The notes below the pieces were generated by a model. The model had not been told where the DNA came from and ran no database searches. It saw nothing but the letters and a program-made list of their open reading frames with translations. Source: Octopus sinensis (lineage: Eukaryota). Taken from it: 64,000 nt of DNA. The stretch spans positions 135,532,001-135,596,000 of the forward strand of contig NC_042999.1 of assembly GCF_006345805.1 (NCBI RefSeq), read 5' to 3'. This document shows, piece after piece, positions 42,950 through 54,998 of the stretch; position 1 is the stretch's first letter, and every line of letters starts with the position of its first letter. The position numbers and the translations under genes were made by a program.

Positions 42950-42989
<40 letters not shown>

Positions 42990-43008
42990 TGTGTGTATGT
43001 GTGTGTGT

Positions 43009-43044
<36 letters not shown>

Positions 43045-43045
<1 letters not shown>

Positions 43046-43593
43046 AGGCCGCCCCATCGTCACCTCTTGCAACTGCCCCACCGAACTCATCTCCAGATAT
43101 CTTGACCGTGTCCTTGCTTCCCTCCCCTCTCACATCCACACATCCATGACACCAACCATGCTCTTCGTTTGTTCAACTCTTTCTCCTTCCCTCCTGACCC
43201 CTCTAAATTTCTCTTCACTCTTGACGTCAAGAGTCTATACACGGTGATCTCTCACCACGAGGGGCGTGCACTCCAGCATTTCCTTGACCTTCGACCCAAC
43301 CCCCAACCTGACACATCCGTACTCCTTTGTCTAGCCGAACTTGTCCTCTCACTCAACAGCTTCTCGTTCGCGGGTGATTTTTACTAGTAGCTCTCGGAAG
43401 AGGCCATGGGAACGAGAATGGGCCCCAACTATGCGAACCTGTTCGTTGGCTACGTTGAGGGCCCCAAATATTCTCAAGTTTTACTGGTCCCACTCCTGAA
43501 CTATACGATCGCTATATTGACGACTGTATCGGTGCGACTACACTCACCCGCGAACATCTGGACTCTTTCTTCTCTTTTGTCAAATCTTTCCAT
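43045..43593 (+). mobile_element. Penelope-like RT fragment
   Basis: [56 protein letters not shown]. Confidence 0.92.
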
Positions 43594-43941
43594 CTGTATT
43601 TGTTGAGTATATAGAGAGTTTATAGAGCGGTTAAAAATTTTCGGTATGCAAATTAGGGACTCCTGCATAGAATTAACTGCTGTATTTGTTGAGTATATGT
43701 AGAGTTTATAGAGCGGTTAAAAATTGTTGGTATGCAAATTAGGGACTCCTACATAGAATTAACTGCTGTATTTGTTGAGTATATATAGAGTTTATAGAGC
43801 GGTTAAAAATTTTCGGTATGCAAATTAGGGACTCCAGCATAGAATTAACTACTGCATTTGTTGAGTATAAATAGAGTTTATAGAGCGGCTAAAAATTTTC
43901 GGTATGCAAATTAGGGACTCCTACATAGAATTAACTGCTGT
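43594..43941 (+). repeat. 86-bp tandem repeat, 4 copies
   Basis: Units start at 43594, 43680, 43766 and 43852. Confidence 0.95.
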
Positions 43942-44159
43942 AACCCTAACCCTAACCCTCACTTTCACCTTCACCCTAACCCTAAATATTAACCTTTAGT
44001 TTTTTTTTTCTTAATTGTTAAATTAATTTAAGGATAACAAGAAGAAAAAAACGAAAGGCTAAAATGAAAGCAATGGAAAAACGAAAGGCTAAAATTTAGG
44101 GTTAGGGTTAAGGTAAGGGTGAGGGTTAGGGTTAAGGTAAGGGTGAGGGTTAGGGTTAG
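43941..44159. repeat. Interstitial telomere-like repeats: (CCCTAA)-type arm, AT-rich core, (TTAGGG)-type arm
   Basis: Directly visible; arms are inverted relative to each other. Confidence 0.9.
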
Positions 44160-44643
44160 TGACAGGATGTTGTCTCAGTTTTAAACGCAGCAAATGATTT
44201 TAGCTCACTCGATGCGATTCATTGGTTAAAATTCAAAAATTAAACTACATTAAACAAACAAATTACTATTTTCTCAAGAAAGCCAAGAGAAAAAAATGTT
44301 TTATTTTTACACATTCTACCAGTATACGAAGTTTTAAAGTGTTTAGTTAACTAGAAATTGTGTTGACATGTGCCGTTCAAAAAGAAAAGATCCGTTTTTG
44401 TTTCATCACACGATCTCAGATCAGGTCACTTGCTATGCAAGTACATCTCCGTAAATACATAATATTTATTATGAATATAATCCCTCTCTCGTAGTTCCTC
44501 TCCGCTTTTATGATTCGTATATATATTTCATACAGTAGTTTATACATACATACATACATACATACATACATACATACATACATACATACATACATACATG
44601 CATACATGTATACGTATATATATACGTACATACATACATACAT

Positions 44644-44680
<37 letters not shown>

Positions 44681-44742
44681 TACACACACATACATACATA
44701 CATACATACATACATACATACATACATACATACATACATACA

Positions 44743-44772
<30 letters not shown>

Positions 44773-44774
<2 letters not shown>

Positions 44775-46137
44775 GGCGCAGGCGTGGCTTTGTGGTAAGA
44801 AAGTGTTATATGACTTCTACTCAACTCCCTCTATATCTACGTATTGGGCTAGCCTACTTCATCGTCTAAGGGCGTCCACACAACACCTCCCACTTTTGAG
44901 TTTTTCAAACCCAAATTTATCAATTTTATTTCCTCGATGAGAAACTGGCATATATTTTTCTCTTAGCGTTGATGTCCATCATTTCTGTAGGTTTTCTCTT
45001 CCTGTTCGACCTACATGTCAGTTCTGCTTTTGCTTGTGGTTCTGGGACCTCGAACAAATCATACCATAAATCCATTGGTTCTTCTAGCCTCTCGTGATTT
45101 TTGGTATATCTTTTTTTTAATTGGTTTAAATACCTTCTGTGTTCATATTTTGGTCCTTTTACCATGTGCATCACGTTACCCAGACGTCCAGTTATACTTC
45201 CTTGTTCCCAGTCCTGTTTTCCGTTACTATATATTTTAAAATACACTTTGTCACCTGTGTTAAAAAAATTTCGCTTTTCTTCCCGAATTTTCTATTTTCT
45301 GTTTCCTGCTCGGCAACCATTTGTCAAAAATAGAACGAATTTTTCTGGAAAACATCAAATCTGCGGGTGACCAACCCGACTCTGCATTTGGATTCGGTAT
45401 TATTCTATACACCTGCAAAAACTTTGTCATATTTGTATCTTCAAGGATTTCGCGTCTGGTCTTCCTTAAGGCTCTCTTGAATGTATCGACGAATCTTTCC
45501 GCTAACACATTTGACCTTGGATGGTATGGCGGAGTTAACACATGCTTCATCTGAACCGACTTACAGAATCTTTCGAACACCTTCGCCGTGAATTGTGTAC
45601 TATTATCTGACACGATTGTATCTGGCACTCCATAACGATCGAATAGTTCTTCCAAGAAGTCAATAGTCACACTTGTGATTGACCTTGAACATATCTGGCG
45701 TTAATTCTTCCAGCTTAAACCTTTCGCAAGCCTTATTAACCATACTGGCATATGTTACAAAATCATCGAACTCGTTTTTCTTTAAATTTAAACATTCCCA
45801 TCGAATGTTAAACTGCGAACTTTTCTCGCTAAAAATATTAGTCAAAATATTTATCGCTTCATCAGAACACAATTCCGCGGGCTTTCTCGGCAAAATAAAG
45901 TTACAAAACCTTTCGTGTTCCGGAGTAGCAAGCTTTCGCGAAAGGAGCCTTACCTTCCTTTCACTAGACCATCCCTTATATTTCTCTATGTCTTCGTATC
46001 GTCTGTAATATGCAGCAAAAGTAGTTCCTTCATCCGGATTGTAGTGAAATTCTTCGATGGAATTTGCAACACCATCTGCTGAAAATGATTCTGTCGTATT
46101 TCTCGACTGCAGTAACAATTCTGTTAACTTCTGTAGT

Positions 46138-46169
<32 letters not shown>

Positions 46170-46720
46170 TTGTTTTACAACTGCTTTCAGTAACTCTTCC
46201 ATTTCGGTACTATCCGAAACCTCGTCGCCACTTTTATATCGCAATACTACACAGTGACTGTGTGTGCTACGAAATCCTCGTCGCCACTGTTATATCGCAC
46301 GTTCCGATGACCTCTACTCAACTCCCGACGTCTAGATTTCTCCCTCTATATCTACGTAATAGGCTAGCCTACTTCATCGTCTGGAGGCGTCCACACAACA
46401 GAAAGTTACTTCCCAACCACATGGTCCCAGGTTTAGGCTTACTTCACGGCACCTTGGGCAAGTGTCTTTTACTATAGCTTCGGGCTGACCAAAGCCTTGT
46501 GAGTGGATGTGTGTGTGTGTGTGTGTATTTGTGTGTGTGCCTTTGTGTCGATGTTTGTCCCCCATCACCGCTTAATAACCGATGTTAGTGTGTTTACTAC
46601 CCCATAACCTAGCGGTTCAGCAAAACAGACCGATAGAATAAAAAATAAGTACTGGAGTCGATCTATTCGACTAAAAACTCTTCAATGTCGTGCCCCAGCA
46701 TGGCCGCAGTCTGAAACAAG
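44773..46720 (+). mobile_element. SINE family A, split by the LTR element insertion
   Basis: Head GGCGCAGGCGTGGCTTTGTGGTAAGAAAG at 44775-44803 continues as TTACTTCCCAACCACATGG at 46406. Confidence 0.88.
44804..46400 (-). mobile_element. Internally deleted Gypsy LTR retrotransposon (partial gag joined to the C-terminal half of integrase)
   Basis: LTRs 44804-44885 and 46288-46400 (TG..CA), PBS TGGCGACGAGG, PPT AAAAGTGGGAGG, TSD GAAAG. Gag ORF 45660-46244; integrase ORF 45260-45670 (PDTIVSDNSTQF, PPYHPRSNVLAERFVDTFK). Confidence 0.93.
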
Positions 46721-47784
46721 TAAAAGATAAAGGTATACATACATACATACAGAGACAGACGTGTGTGCGCATGCGCGTGCTTATATTCATTTGTTTTCTT
46801 GTGCCGCTTCATTTTTATTATATGGAACCCTGGGATCCAGTGTATGTAATCCAGTGTATATAATTCGATATAGAATATTCAAATCTATGGCGCACTTTGA
46901 TAAACTTCACGAAAATACATTTTAGTGTATTTACTAAGTATTTATTATGATTATAATTCCACTCTGCTTTTGCGATTTAAATGCGCAATTTCTCTAGCAA
47001 TATATTGTAAGGTTTTACATACAAATAAACAATTTTTTTTTAAATTTTCTCACACGGTCTATGTTAAGCTTCGGTTTTGGCTCATATTACCAACCAGAGC
47101 ACATATACAAAAAAATTTCAAAAATGAATGTATGTATGTATGTATGTACGTACGTATGTATGTATGTATGTATATATGTATGTATGTACGTATGTATGTA
47201 TGTATGTACGTATGTATGTATGTATGTATGTATGTATGTATGTATGTATGTATGTATGTATGTATGTATGTATGCATGTATAAACAATTCATAAATAAGG
47301 GCAAAGGAAAAAATTTCTAATGCCAAATATGCCGAAAAATTGGACATATTGTCCATTAACCATATAATTTTTTCACAATACGCACGCTACTCGAAAAAAA
47401 GTCGACAGGAATTTCTAAAAAATTCCATTATTACCATATCGGACCGATTTCAGGGTTAGCTCATAACAGCCCTCCCTTCGTCAGTGATACATGTGGGAAA
47501 AGAAATAAATGAGATACTTACTCACACCCATGGAAGAAGCAAACACTAAGTCATGAGCACAATTAAGTACCCCAAATATACCCAAAATAGAAATACTCCA
47601 GCCCATTCGAGACACGTGCGATTTGAACTGAGGCCCTCACAGAGTGAGAGAGTCCGGAAGTGAACGCTTAAATTTATATCTAATGTAGGATAAAATTTTT
47701 TTCGAAAAAAAATTATTTTCGAAAAAAGTATGTATGTATGTATGTATGTATGTATGTATGTATGTATGTATGTATGTATGTATG

Positions 47785-48125
47785 TATTGAGTTTTATTTA
47801 ACTTCTTAGGAGAGTTCAAGCCAGTTGCTAACAAAGCAACAAGGCTTTTTGAGTTAAGAGAGTTGCGGGTGTTTGTAAATATGGGGTTGAGTTAGTGTGT
47901 TAGTTGAGCTGTCAATGTACACATCCAAGTGTGTGCATCTATTCACCAAAAGAATCTCAGATGGAGAATCTTTAGAATGTCTTATAAATCTTCACTGTGC
48001 CACTAATAGATTGAGTTTAGAGAATCCGCCTCAGTTTCTTTTGCTCTTTTTTCGAAAAACCTAGAAATACTAGGTTTTTGTGTAAATGTGTTGGTAAAAA
48101 AAACCTAATGCACCTCTGATGTTAG
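47785..48125 (-). mobile_element. RLE-type LINE 3' end
   Basis: Minus strand IRGALGFFTN.. followed by a C-terminus and 3' UTR, typical of the end of R4-like ORFs. Confidence 0.5.
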
Positions 48126-48229
48126 GTGAATGTATGTATGTATGTATGTATGTATGTATGTATGTAGTGTGTGTGTGTGTGTGTGTGGTGTGTGTGTGTG
48201 TGTATGTGTGTGTGTGTGTGAGATGTCTT

Positions 48230-48630
48230 TCTTTAATTTAGAATAAATTTTGATTGACCACCTACATGGTAGCAAGGTTGTGAAGGAAATCATCTCGTTT
48301 TAACCATCATTCTTTAAATCTTAAGAAGTTACTTGCAGATTTTTATAGGCCCAGATGTCGTGATCATTTGTAGCATGTAAATTAAGGATTTGCATTCTCT
48401 CCCCGAGATCCAAGTTCAACCATACTTTGCTCCAGACGAGTTGGTATGTATTTTATATCGTCAATAATAATAGGTATGAAGCTGAAAGTGTATCTTGGCT
48501 ACAGGATTTACAAACTCCTTACCAATGGTCCATAGATGTCCTCTTTCTTTTGTATTTTTCTAACTACATTCATGTCCAGAGGGCAGCTGATTTCCACAAC
48601 AGAACGTATCTTTCCTCAAGCTCAAACGTA
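48230..48630 (-). mobile_element. RLE-type LINE endonuclease C-terminal fragment
   Basis: VVEISCPLDMNVVRKIQKKEDIYGPLVRSL*IL*PRYTFSFIPIII. Confidence 0.7.
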
Positions 48631-48809
48631 CTCTTATGTATGTATGTATGTATGTATGTATGTATGTATGTATGTATGTATGTATGTATGTATGCATGTA
48701 TGTATGTATGTATGTATGTATGTATGTATGTATGTATGTATGCATGCATGTATGTATGTATATATGTATGTATCTATGTATGTATGTATCTATGTATGTA
48801 TGTGTGTGT

Positions 48810-49480
48810 ATGTGTGTGTGTGTGTGGACGATTTCTTCTGTCAAGAGCTGGGCAAGTCAACCACCTAAACTCACATGAAACAGGGAGAAATCAACCAACT
48901 TGCGAGATGGTCTTGCTACCTCACCATCCACGGAACATCTCTCTCTATATAAACGGCAGTTTGTCTGTGCGTTTTCTGTGTGTCTGTTTTCTCGTACCCT
49001 CACTCTGACCACGGCTTTCAACCGATTCTGATGAAACTTGACACACACATAGCCCAATGTCATAATTCAAAACTAACGCAGCGAAAATTTTGAAAAGTTC
49101 CCCCAGTTCTGAAAAAAATCGATAAATTCGACATGGGGTCGAGAATCAGAAACCCAAACCACAGACCGTCTAGGGGACTCCACCTTTTTTAACTCTCAAA
49201 AAAAATTTACCATCATTTTTTTTCCATTTTTTTGCTATAACTCTCTAAAAATGCTTTATAGTTATTTCCCTTACAAACCTGAGCAACGCCGGGCGATACT
49301 GCTAGTCTGTAATAAATGCGGATTAATTTGTAAGCCAGCAGGCGGCCTGACAAGGAACGGTAAAGTACATGAAGTCACAACTCAACCTGCGATGCCAGGA
49401 GACAGACAATTCACATATAACGTCTGTGAACGTGCTTCTAGAACGGAAGCTGGACTGAAGAGCCACCTGTATGCACATGT
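48810..49480 (+). pseudogene. Three degenerate C2H2 zinc fingers split by a Helitron, probably a LINE C-terminus
   Basis: Rejoined frame: VCGRFLLSRAGQVNHLNSH..NICNKCGLICKPAGGLTRNGKVH..YNVCERASRTEAGLKSHLYAH. Confidence 0.65.
48938..49305 (+). mobile_element. Non-autonomous Helitron (mosaic)
   Basis: A|TCTCTCTCTATATAAACGG ... GAGCAACGCCGGGCGATACTGCTAG|T. Confidence 0.9.
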
Positions 49481-49761
49481 GCGAAGTTCTATAAAGGGAC
49501 GTGTTTGTGTGTTTGTGTGCACGCGCGTGTATCGCCAATGAATATATTAAAGGTTATGGCAGATGACTTGTCAGAATGTTACCAACGGTTTCACATCGAA
49601 TATTTTCACTAGACGTTACTACCGTCTCTTCAGATATGCTAGTCGGAAGTACATAGCCTTTTTTAGTGCTTGAAGTATATACGCTTTTGCTTCATTTGGT
49701 TGGGGATGGGGAAAGTTGGAATGAAATATTAGTGGAAAAAAAAACATTTGAGTTGAAAATC

Positions 49762-50725
49762 GGATCTTTTTCGTTTACTTCCAACCACAATTCTTTAAAA
49801 CTGAAAATTTCAAAAAGTGTACTTTTGGTACAGTTTTGCATAATGATACCGAATATTGTTGTTATTACTTTGGAAAATTAGTGATAAAGAAGTTAAAAGC
49901 ATTTAAAGTTACGTATTTTTAGCCAATGAAATTTAAGCCACTGTCCTCACAGCGAAGGTTGAAACTGTTGGCATGACAACTCCGCGAATAGCCATTCTTC
50001 TCGAAAAAATTCCCATGACAATGAATTAGGGTGAACCCTTCCACTTAGAACTATCATTTTGTTTATATACTGCAGGATGAAAGAGATGATGACAAGTTTT
50101 GTAAATAATTAAGAATTGGTGCAAACAACAGCAGTCGATTACAAAAATAACTTGAAGAAACCTGTGCAGACGAATTGCTGCGTAATCCGACGAAAATTCG
50201 TGGTCCTGACAGAATTGTTGAAATAGACGAAACAGTCTTCTCAAAAAGAAAATACAGCCGGGGTTGAATGCTACCCGCATAGTAGGCTTTTGGTGGTGCG
50301 TGTCGCGAAATTTGAATTTTTTTTCTTTTCGCTGGACCTTCTAGAGATCGTAATACTCTCGAAGAATGCATTCGTCAATCAATTTTGCTAGGAACAACTA
50401 TTTACAGTGACCTGTGGCGTGCATGTTCGCGTATTCCTGAGATACCAGTTTCACCGTAGAACGGTAAAACATAGCGTCGCATTTGTAAACTCTCGGGACA
50501 AACAACGGCAGTAATTTTATTCAGCTGAATACACGTCATTGATTGGTTGAAATTACCGAAATACGACTATTTTAAGATGAAATAACTTCCTAAATTAAGA
50601 TTTTCTCAAAAACGCTAAGATTAAAAGATGTTTTATATGACACATTCTACTAGTGTCCGAAGTTTGAAAGTGTTTAGTTTCAAAAAAATCATTTTTTAAA
50701 TCTGTCGATCAAAAGGTAAAGATCC
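49762..50725 (+). mobile_element. Merlin (IS1016/ISXO2-like DDE) transposon, degenerate
   Basis: Ends GGATCTTT and AAAGATCC; GPDRIVEIDETVFSKRKYSR and RNTLEECIRQSILLGTTIYSDLWRA. Confidence 0.85.
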
Positions 50726-50746
50726 TATATATGTATATGTGTGTAT

Positions 50747-50787
<41 letters not shown>

Positions 50788-50811
50788 TATCCACATTCAT
50801 ACATGCGCCCG

Positions 50812-50853
<42 letters not shown>

Positions 50854-50894
50854 TATTAAGGCACAGATATTAAGGCACAGAGATGAAGAGCAGT

Positions 50895-52300
50895 AGAAAA
50901 TCATCATCCTACATTTCAATCGCTGTCTAAGGAGGGTAAAATCCCTTCGCATAGAAAGAATCGAATACAATCTCGTTTCATAAAGAGGGTCATAAAGAAG
51001 ATTTAAGAAAACTATCGACCCGTATGCCTCTTGTCTCACCTCTATAAGCTACTAGCAGCATAGCCCGGCGTTGCCCGGGTATGTTGCCCCTAGTAGGCAA
51101 CAACTAATCCCAATCTACTCCTTTCCCTCTAGGGAACGAAGGCGCATGTGTAGGTTGCAATGTCTTCTCTTCACTCCCAAATAACTATCAAACAGCTATC
51201 GATAATTCAACCCAACCAATTCCTACCAGGAAGAAATTACATTCGCGACTTTACCCCCACTTCTGCTAATAGCTGCTGCAGCCGCAAGTTATTCAAATAC
51301 TTTTTTTGTTTACACTTTCTTTATAACTACCACCCCAAACGTTTTACCTTAAATTTTTGACGCACCCTAAGGGTCCTCGGACGCTACTTGCAAACTTTTG
51401 GTTTATTATAAACCGCTTTTGTCGTGTGCACCAAAAAACCTTTTCCATTCGTTTGTTCAGTTTGGTCACTTTTGACTTTTTCGTTGTTGTCACTCACATT
51501 GCTGCCCGCTTTTTTGCCGTTTTTATACATTTTTATACATTTTGGGATACTTACCCCACGTGTTCCGAGAGTTAAAAAGGTCGAGTTGCGTCCCCTAGAC
51601 AGTCTGTAGAAAACGTGTTGCATATAAAAAGCTTAGATTCTCGACCCATGTGGAATTTATCGATTTTGTTTCAGAACTGGGGGAACTTTTCAAAATTTTC
51701 GCTGCGTTAGTTTTGAATTATGACATTGGGCTATGTGTGTGTCAAGTTTCATCAGAATCGGTTGAAAGCCGTGGTCAGAGTGAGGGTACAACCTGACAGA
51801 CACACAGACACACAGACAGACAAACTGCCGTTTATATATAGAGAGATTTACAAAGGCTATAGTCATCAGATTATCGAAACATCTTGATGACCAACAGCCG
51901 AGGGAGTAACCATGTTTTTGTTTTCCGGAAGAACGTCAGTACGATGGTTCACGTATTCACTCTAGCGCAGCTGATAGAACGAGCGGAACAATACAAGCTG
52001 CCTCTGTGCATCGTTTCTATCGACGACCAAAACGCCATCGATCGCATAGAGAAATTGAAATCACTGGAAATGCAAGGTGTCAAGGCTCAATATATCAAAC
52101 TACTCAGGGATGTGATCTCTGAATGCATCACTGATATAACTGATATCACCACCGGTAATAGTTCTATTTGTGAAGGACGTCAAACAAGGAGATAACATCT
52201 TTCTAAAGCTCTTCACTGCATATCTAGAAAAATATATGTATTCATATGTATAGATTTATTTAAGGCTTCTTTGCATCTCAAAATATAAATTTCCACATTT
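50895..52300 (+). mobile_element. RTE-clade RT fragment split by a Helitron
   Basis: NYRPVCLLSHLYKL|FTKAIVIRLSKHLDDQQPRE, then STMVHVFTLAQLIERAEQYKLPLCIVSID. Confidence 0.88.
51052..51846 (-). mobile_element. Non-autonomous Helitron, 795 bp
   Basis: Minus strand TCTCTCTATATATAAACGG ... CCCGGGCAACGCCGGG-CTATGCTG-CTAG, A|T target, no TSD. Confidence 0.92.
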
Positions 52301-53630
52301 ATATCATGTACTGAGAACTAAATTTAATAGAAGTCTACTTCAATTGCACCAAATTCAATGACAATAAAGCAGTGTGTGTGCGTGCGTGTGCGTGTGTGAG
52401 CGCACGCGAGAGAGAGCGAGAGAGAGAGAGAGAGAGAGAGTCTGTATGTAAGTGAGGGACCGACACAATGTAGAAAAGAATATAAAAAAGAATGGAGAAA
52501 ACAATATACTGTCACCTGAAAAACTGACAATTGCACCTCAGACATTCCGTCCTACACAACTGCTACTCCATTATAACTTTCAATCTCTTCTCTTTTCTTG
52601 CATTATTCCGAGTGCATCTGAATCTCCTTCCTTAATTTGGATAAGGATTCGTTAAGAAATGGTGATGTCATTTATATGTATGTGCATTGTGTTATTTGTA
52701 CAAATAACATAATGTATATATGTACATATACACATATATGCTTGTATACATAGATACAGATATAACATTTATATTACATTTATATAAATTCCCACATACG
52801 AACACGCCCACACAAATACAGATAACATTATATACATGTCATTTTTATGTATATAAATATATATTTTCTGTATACTTTAATATGCACGAGGTATGCATAT
52901 ACATTTGCTTTAGAAATACATACAGCATAACCTGCGCACAGCATAGAACAAAATGCACTATTATAACATCGTCTTTGTAGTGAATTTTGCAAGCATGAAG
53001 TGGATTCGATCGACCATAGCCAAATTTAAATTAACACTGCAACAGAACTTTTCTCACGATGGAACAATGGCTTTTCTCTGACAGCAATTTTACATTTTCC
53101 AGATGCCTTTAGCTAGGCCGAAATAATGTCTTCACCACTTGACCCTTTCTAACCTCTTCTACTTCACCAAAAGCTAAAATAGAGACAACAAAACCACCAA
53201 CTAAATCTAAGATATATCTATCCTTCTGGATAGATATATGTATCAGCTTTTTTGAGACGACGGAAAATGATGTGCCGCAGTTCTTGTGAGTTTTACTCTA
53301 ATTATTTACTATTTCACGGTAAAAATTCCCATATAATCCTTGCACTATAATAGATCTAAGTTTCAGGGATGTTTTTTCTTTTTCTTTTTTTTTTTTTTCG
53401 GGCATAAAATGTTGACATGTATGCAGCAATTTATGCCAATTTAAAATATAACTTCAGAGTTATCTCCGATGCGCATCATGGAAAGAATTAGTTATTTGGT
53501 TAATTATTCTCCATTGCTAATGATGCAATTTTAACTAAAATTTCTTGGGTTGCTACATCAAGAATGCTAAAGCATACTTTAATATATATATATCTGTGTT
53601 TGTGCATTGTGGGCGTTCGCGCGTGTGTAC

Positions 53631-53687
<57 letters not shown>

Positions 53688-54020
53688 AGTGCGTGTGTGA
53701 ATACGTATATATTGATATGGTCCCAGTATAGCCTGGAAATCCTCACTGGGAGTTTCAAATCTAGATTATTCCAGAAAAATCGACAGGCGAGCTATTTCGT
53801 CTAGGATGAACCACCAGTGAACTGCCATTCGAAGTGAAAATTGTTGTTTTCTTGTCTTCGGCGACTGTGAGGAATAATCCAGATATGAAATTTCGAGTAA
53901 CCATCTAACCATCTTCTTGGCTATATCATCACTGTATCAATACATATACTTCTCTTATCAGTAGTATAGATTTATTCTTGTAAATACGCACACAGGTAGG
54001 GAGGTAGGTAGGTAGGTAGG

Positions 54021-54255
54021 AGGCGGCGAGCTGGCAGAAACGTTAGCACGCCGGTCGAAATGCGTAGCTGTATTTCGTCTGCCGTTATGTTCTGAGTTCA
54101 AATTCCGCCGAGGTTGACTTTGCCTTTCATCCTTTCGGGGTCGATAAATAAAGTACCAGTTACGCACTAGGGTCGATGTAATCGACTTAATCCGTGTATC
54201 TGTCCTTGTTTGTCCCCTCTGTGTTTAGCCCCTTGTGGGTAGTAAAGAAATAGGT
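54021..54255 (+). mobile_element. SINE family B in a (GGTA)/(GGCA) tract
   Basis: Near-identical to 35442-35670. Confidence 0.9.
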
Positions 54256-54998
54256 AAGGCAGGCAGGCAGGCAGGTAGGTAGACAGACAGGCAAATGTAC
54301 TGCCTCGGCGAATTTTAGAAAAATCACAGCTGAAATGTTATTTACTTTTAGAATTTGTTTCATCAAAACTGCTTTGAATAAATTGGAAGAAAAAATATAA
54401 AAGAATTTCTAACTTGCCAATGTTATTCACAATACTTACACACACGCACGTACATACACAAACATACATACACGGGGGTGTATGTGTATGTGTCAGTATT
54501 TACGTTTTATGTTATTCTTTGAGAGAGAAAGAGAAAGAAAGAGAATGAGATAGGAGGAAAGAGGAAAAGCTGGTGGTCAGAAGAAGAGACTCTTTTTTAG
54601 CTGTTCATGATTTCTATATTTGAATATAAGTACCTCTTGTGTTTCTGGAGAAAAATAACATGTCCTTAATAGTAACTTAAACCATTCGCTTTAGCGAGGT
54701 TTTAGTGGTACTTCGGTTACTAATTGACAAATTTACATTATTAAACCAGTTTCTCTGGATCCTAATTAGAATTTTCTATTTTCTATTATTAGACTCTGAG
54801 GACATCTGCTAACCATTGAACTTGCTGATAAATCACTGTCAGAGTCTGATGAGATCTTGCTTTAACATCATAATCTTGAATTTAACTTTTAACATCAAAT
54901 CTCAGATTCCCCGTCATTTAAGCTTAGTCACTCAAATTTCTCGTTTACTATAAGTCTTTGCTGACATTTCACGTTTACCATTAAATTAAAAGTTGTTG

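Noticed and set aside
43594-43941. CRISPR-like array
   Set aside because: Head-to-tail 86-bp units with no unique spacers, in eukaryotic context.
43941-44159. True telomere or telomere-fusion site
   Set aside because: Repeats are short and degenerate, oriented CCCTAA then TTAGGG (opposite to a head-to-head fusion), and embedded in TE sequence.
49590-49640. CTGAAGA-GACG..CGTC-TAGT-GAAA on the minus strand
   Set aside because: Four extra bases precede GAAA and there is no convincing helix I or III.
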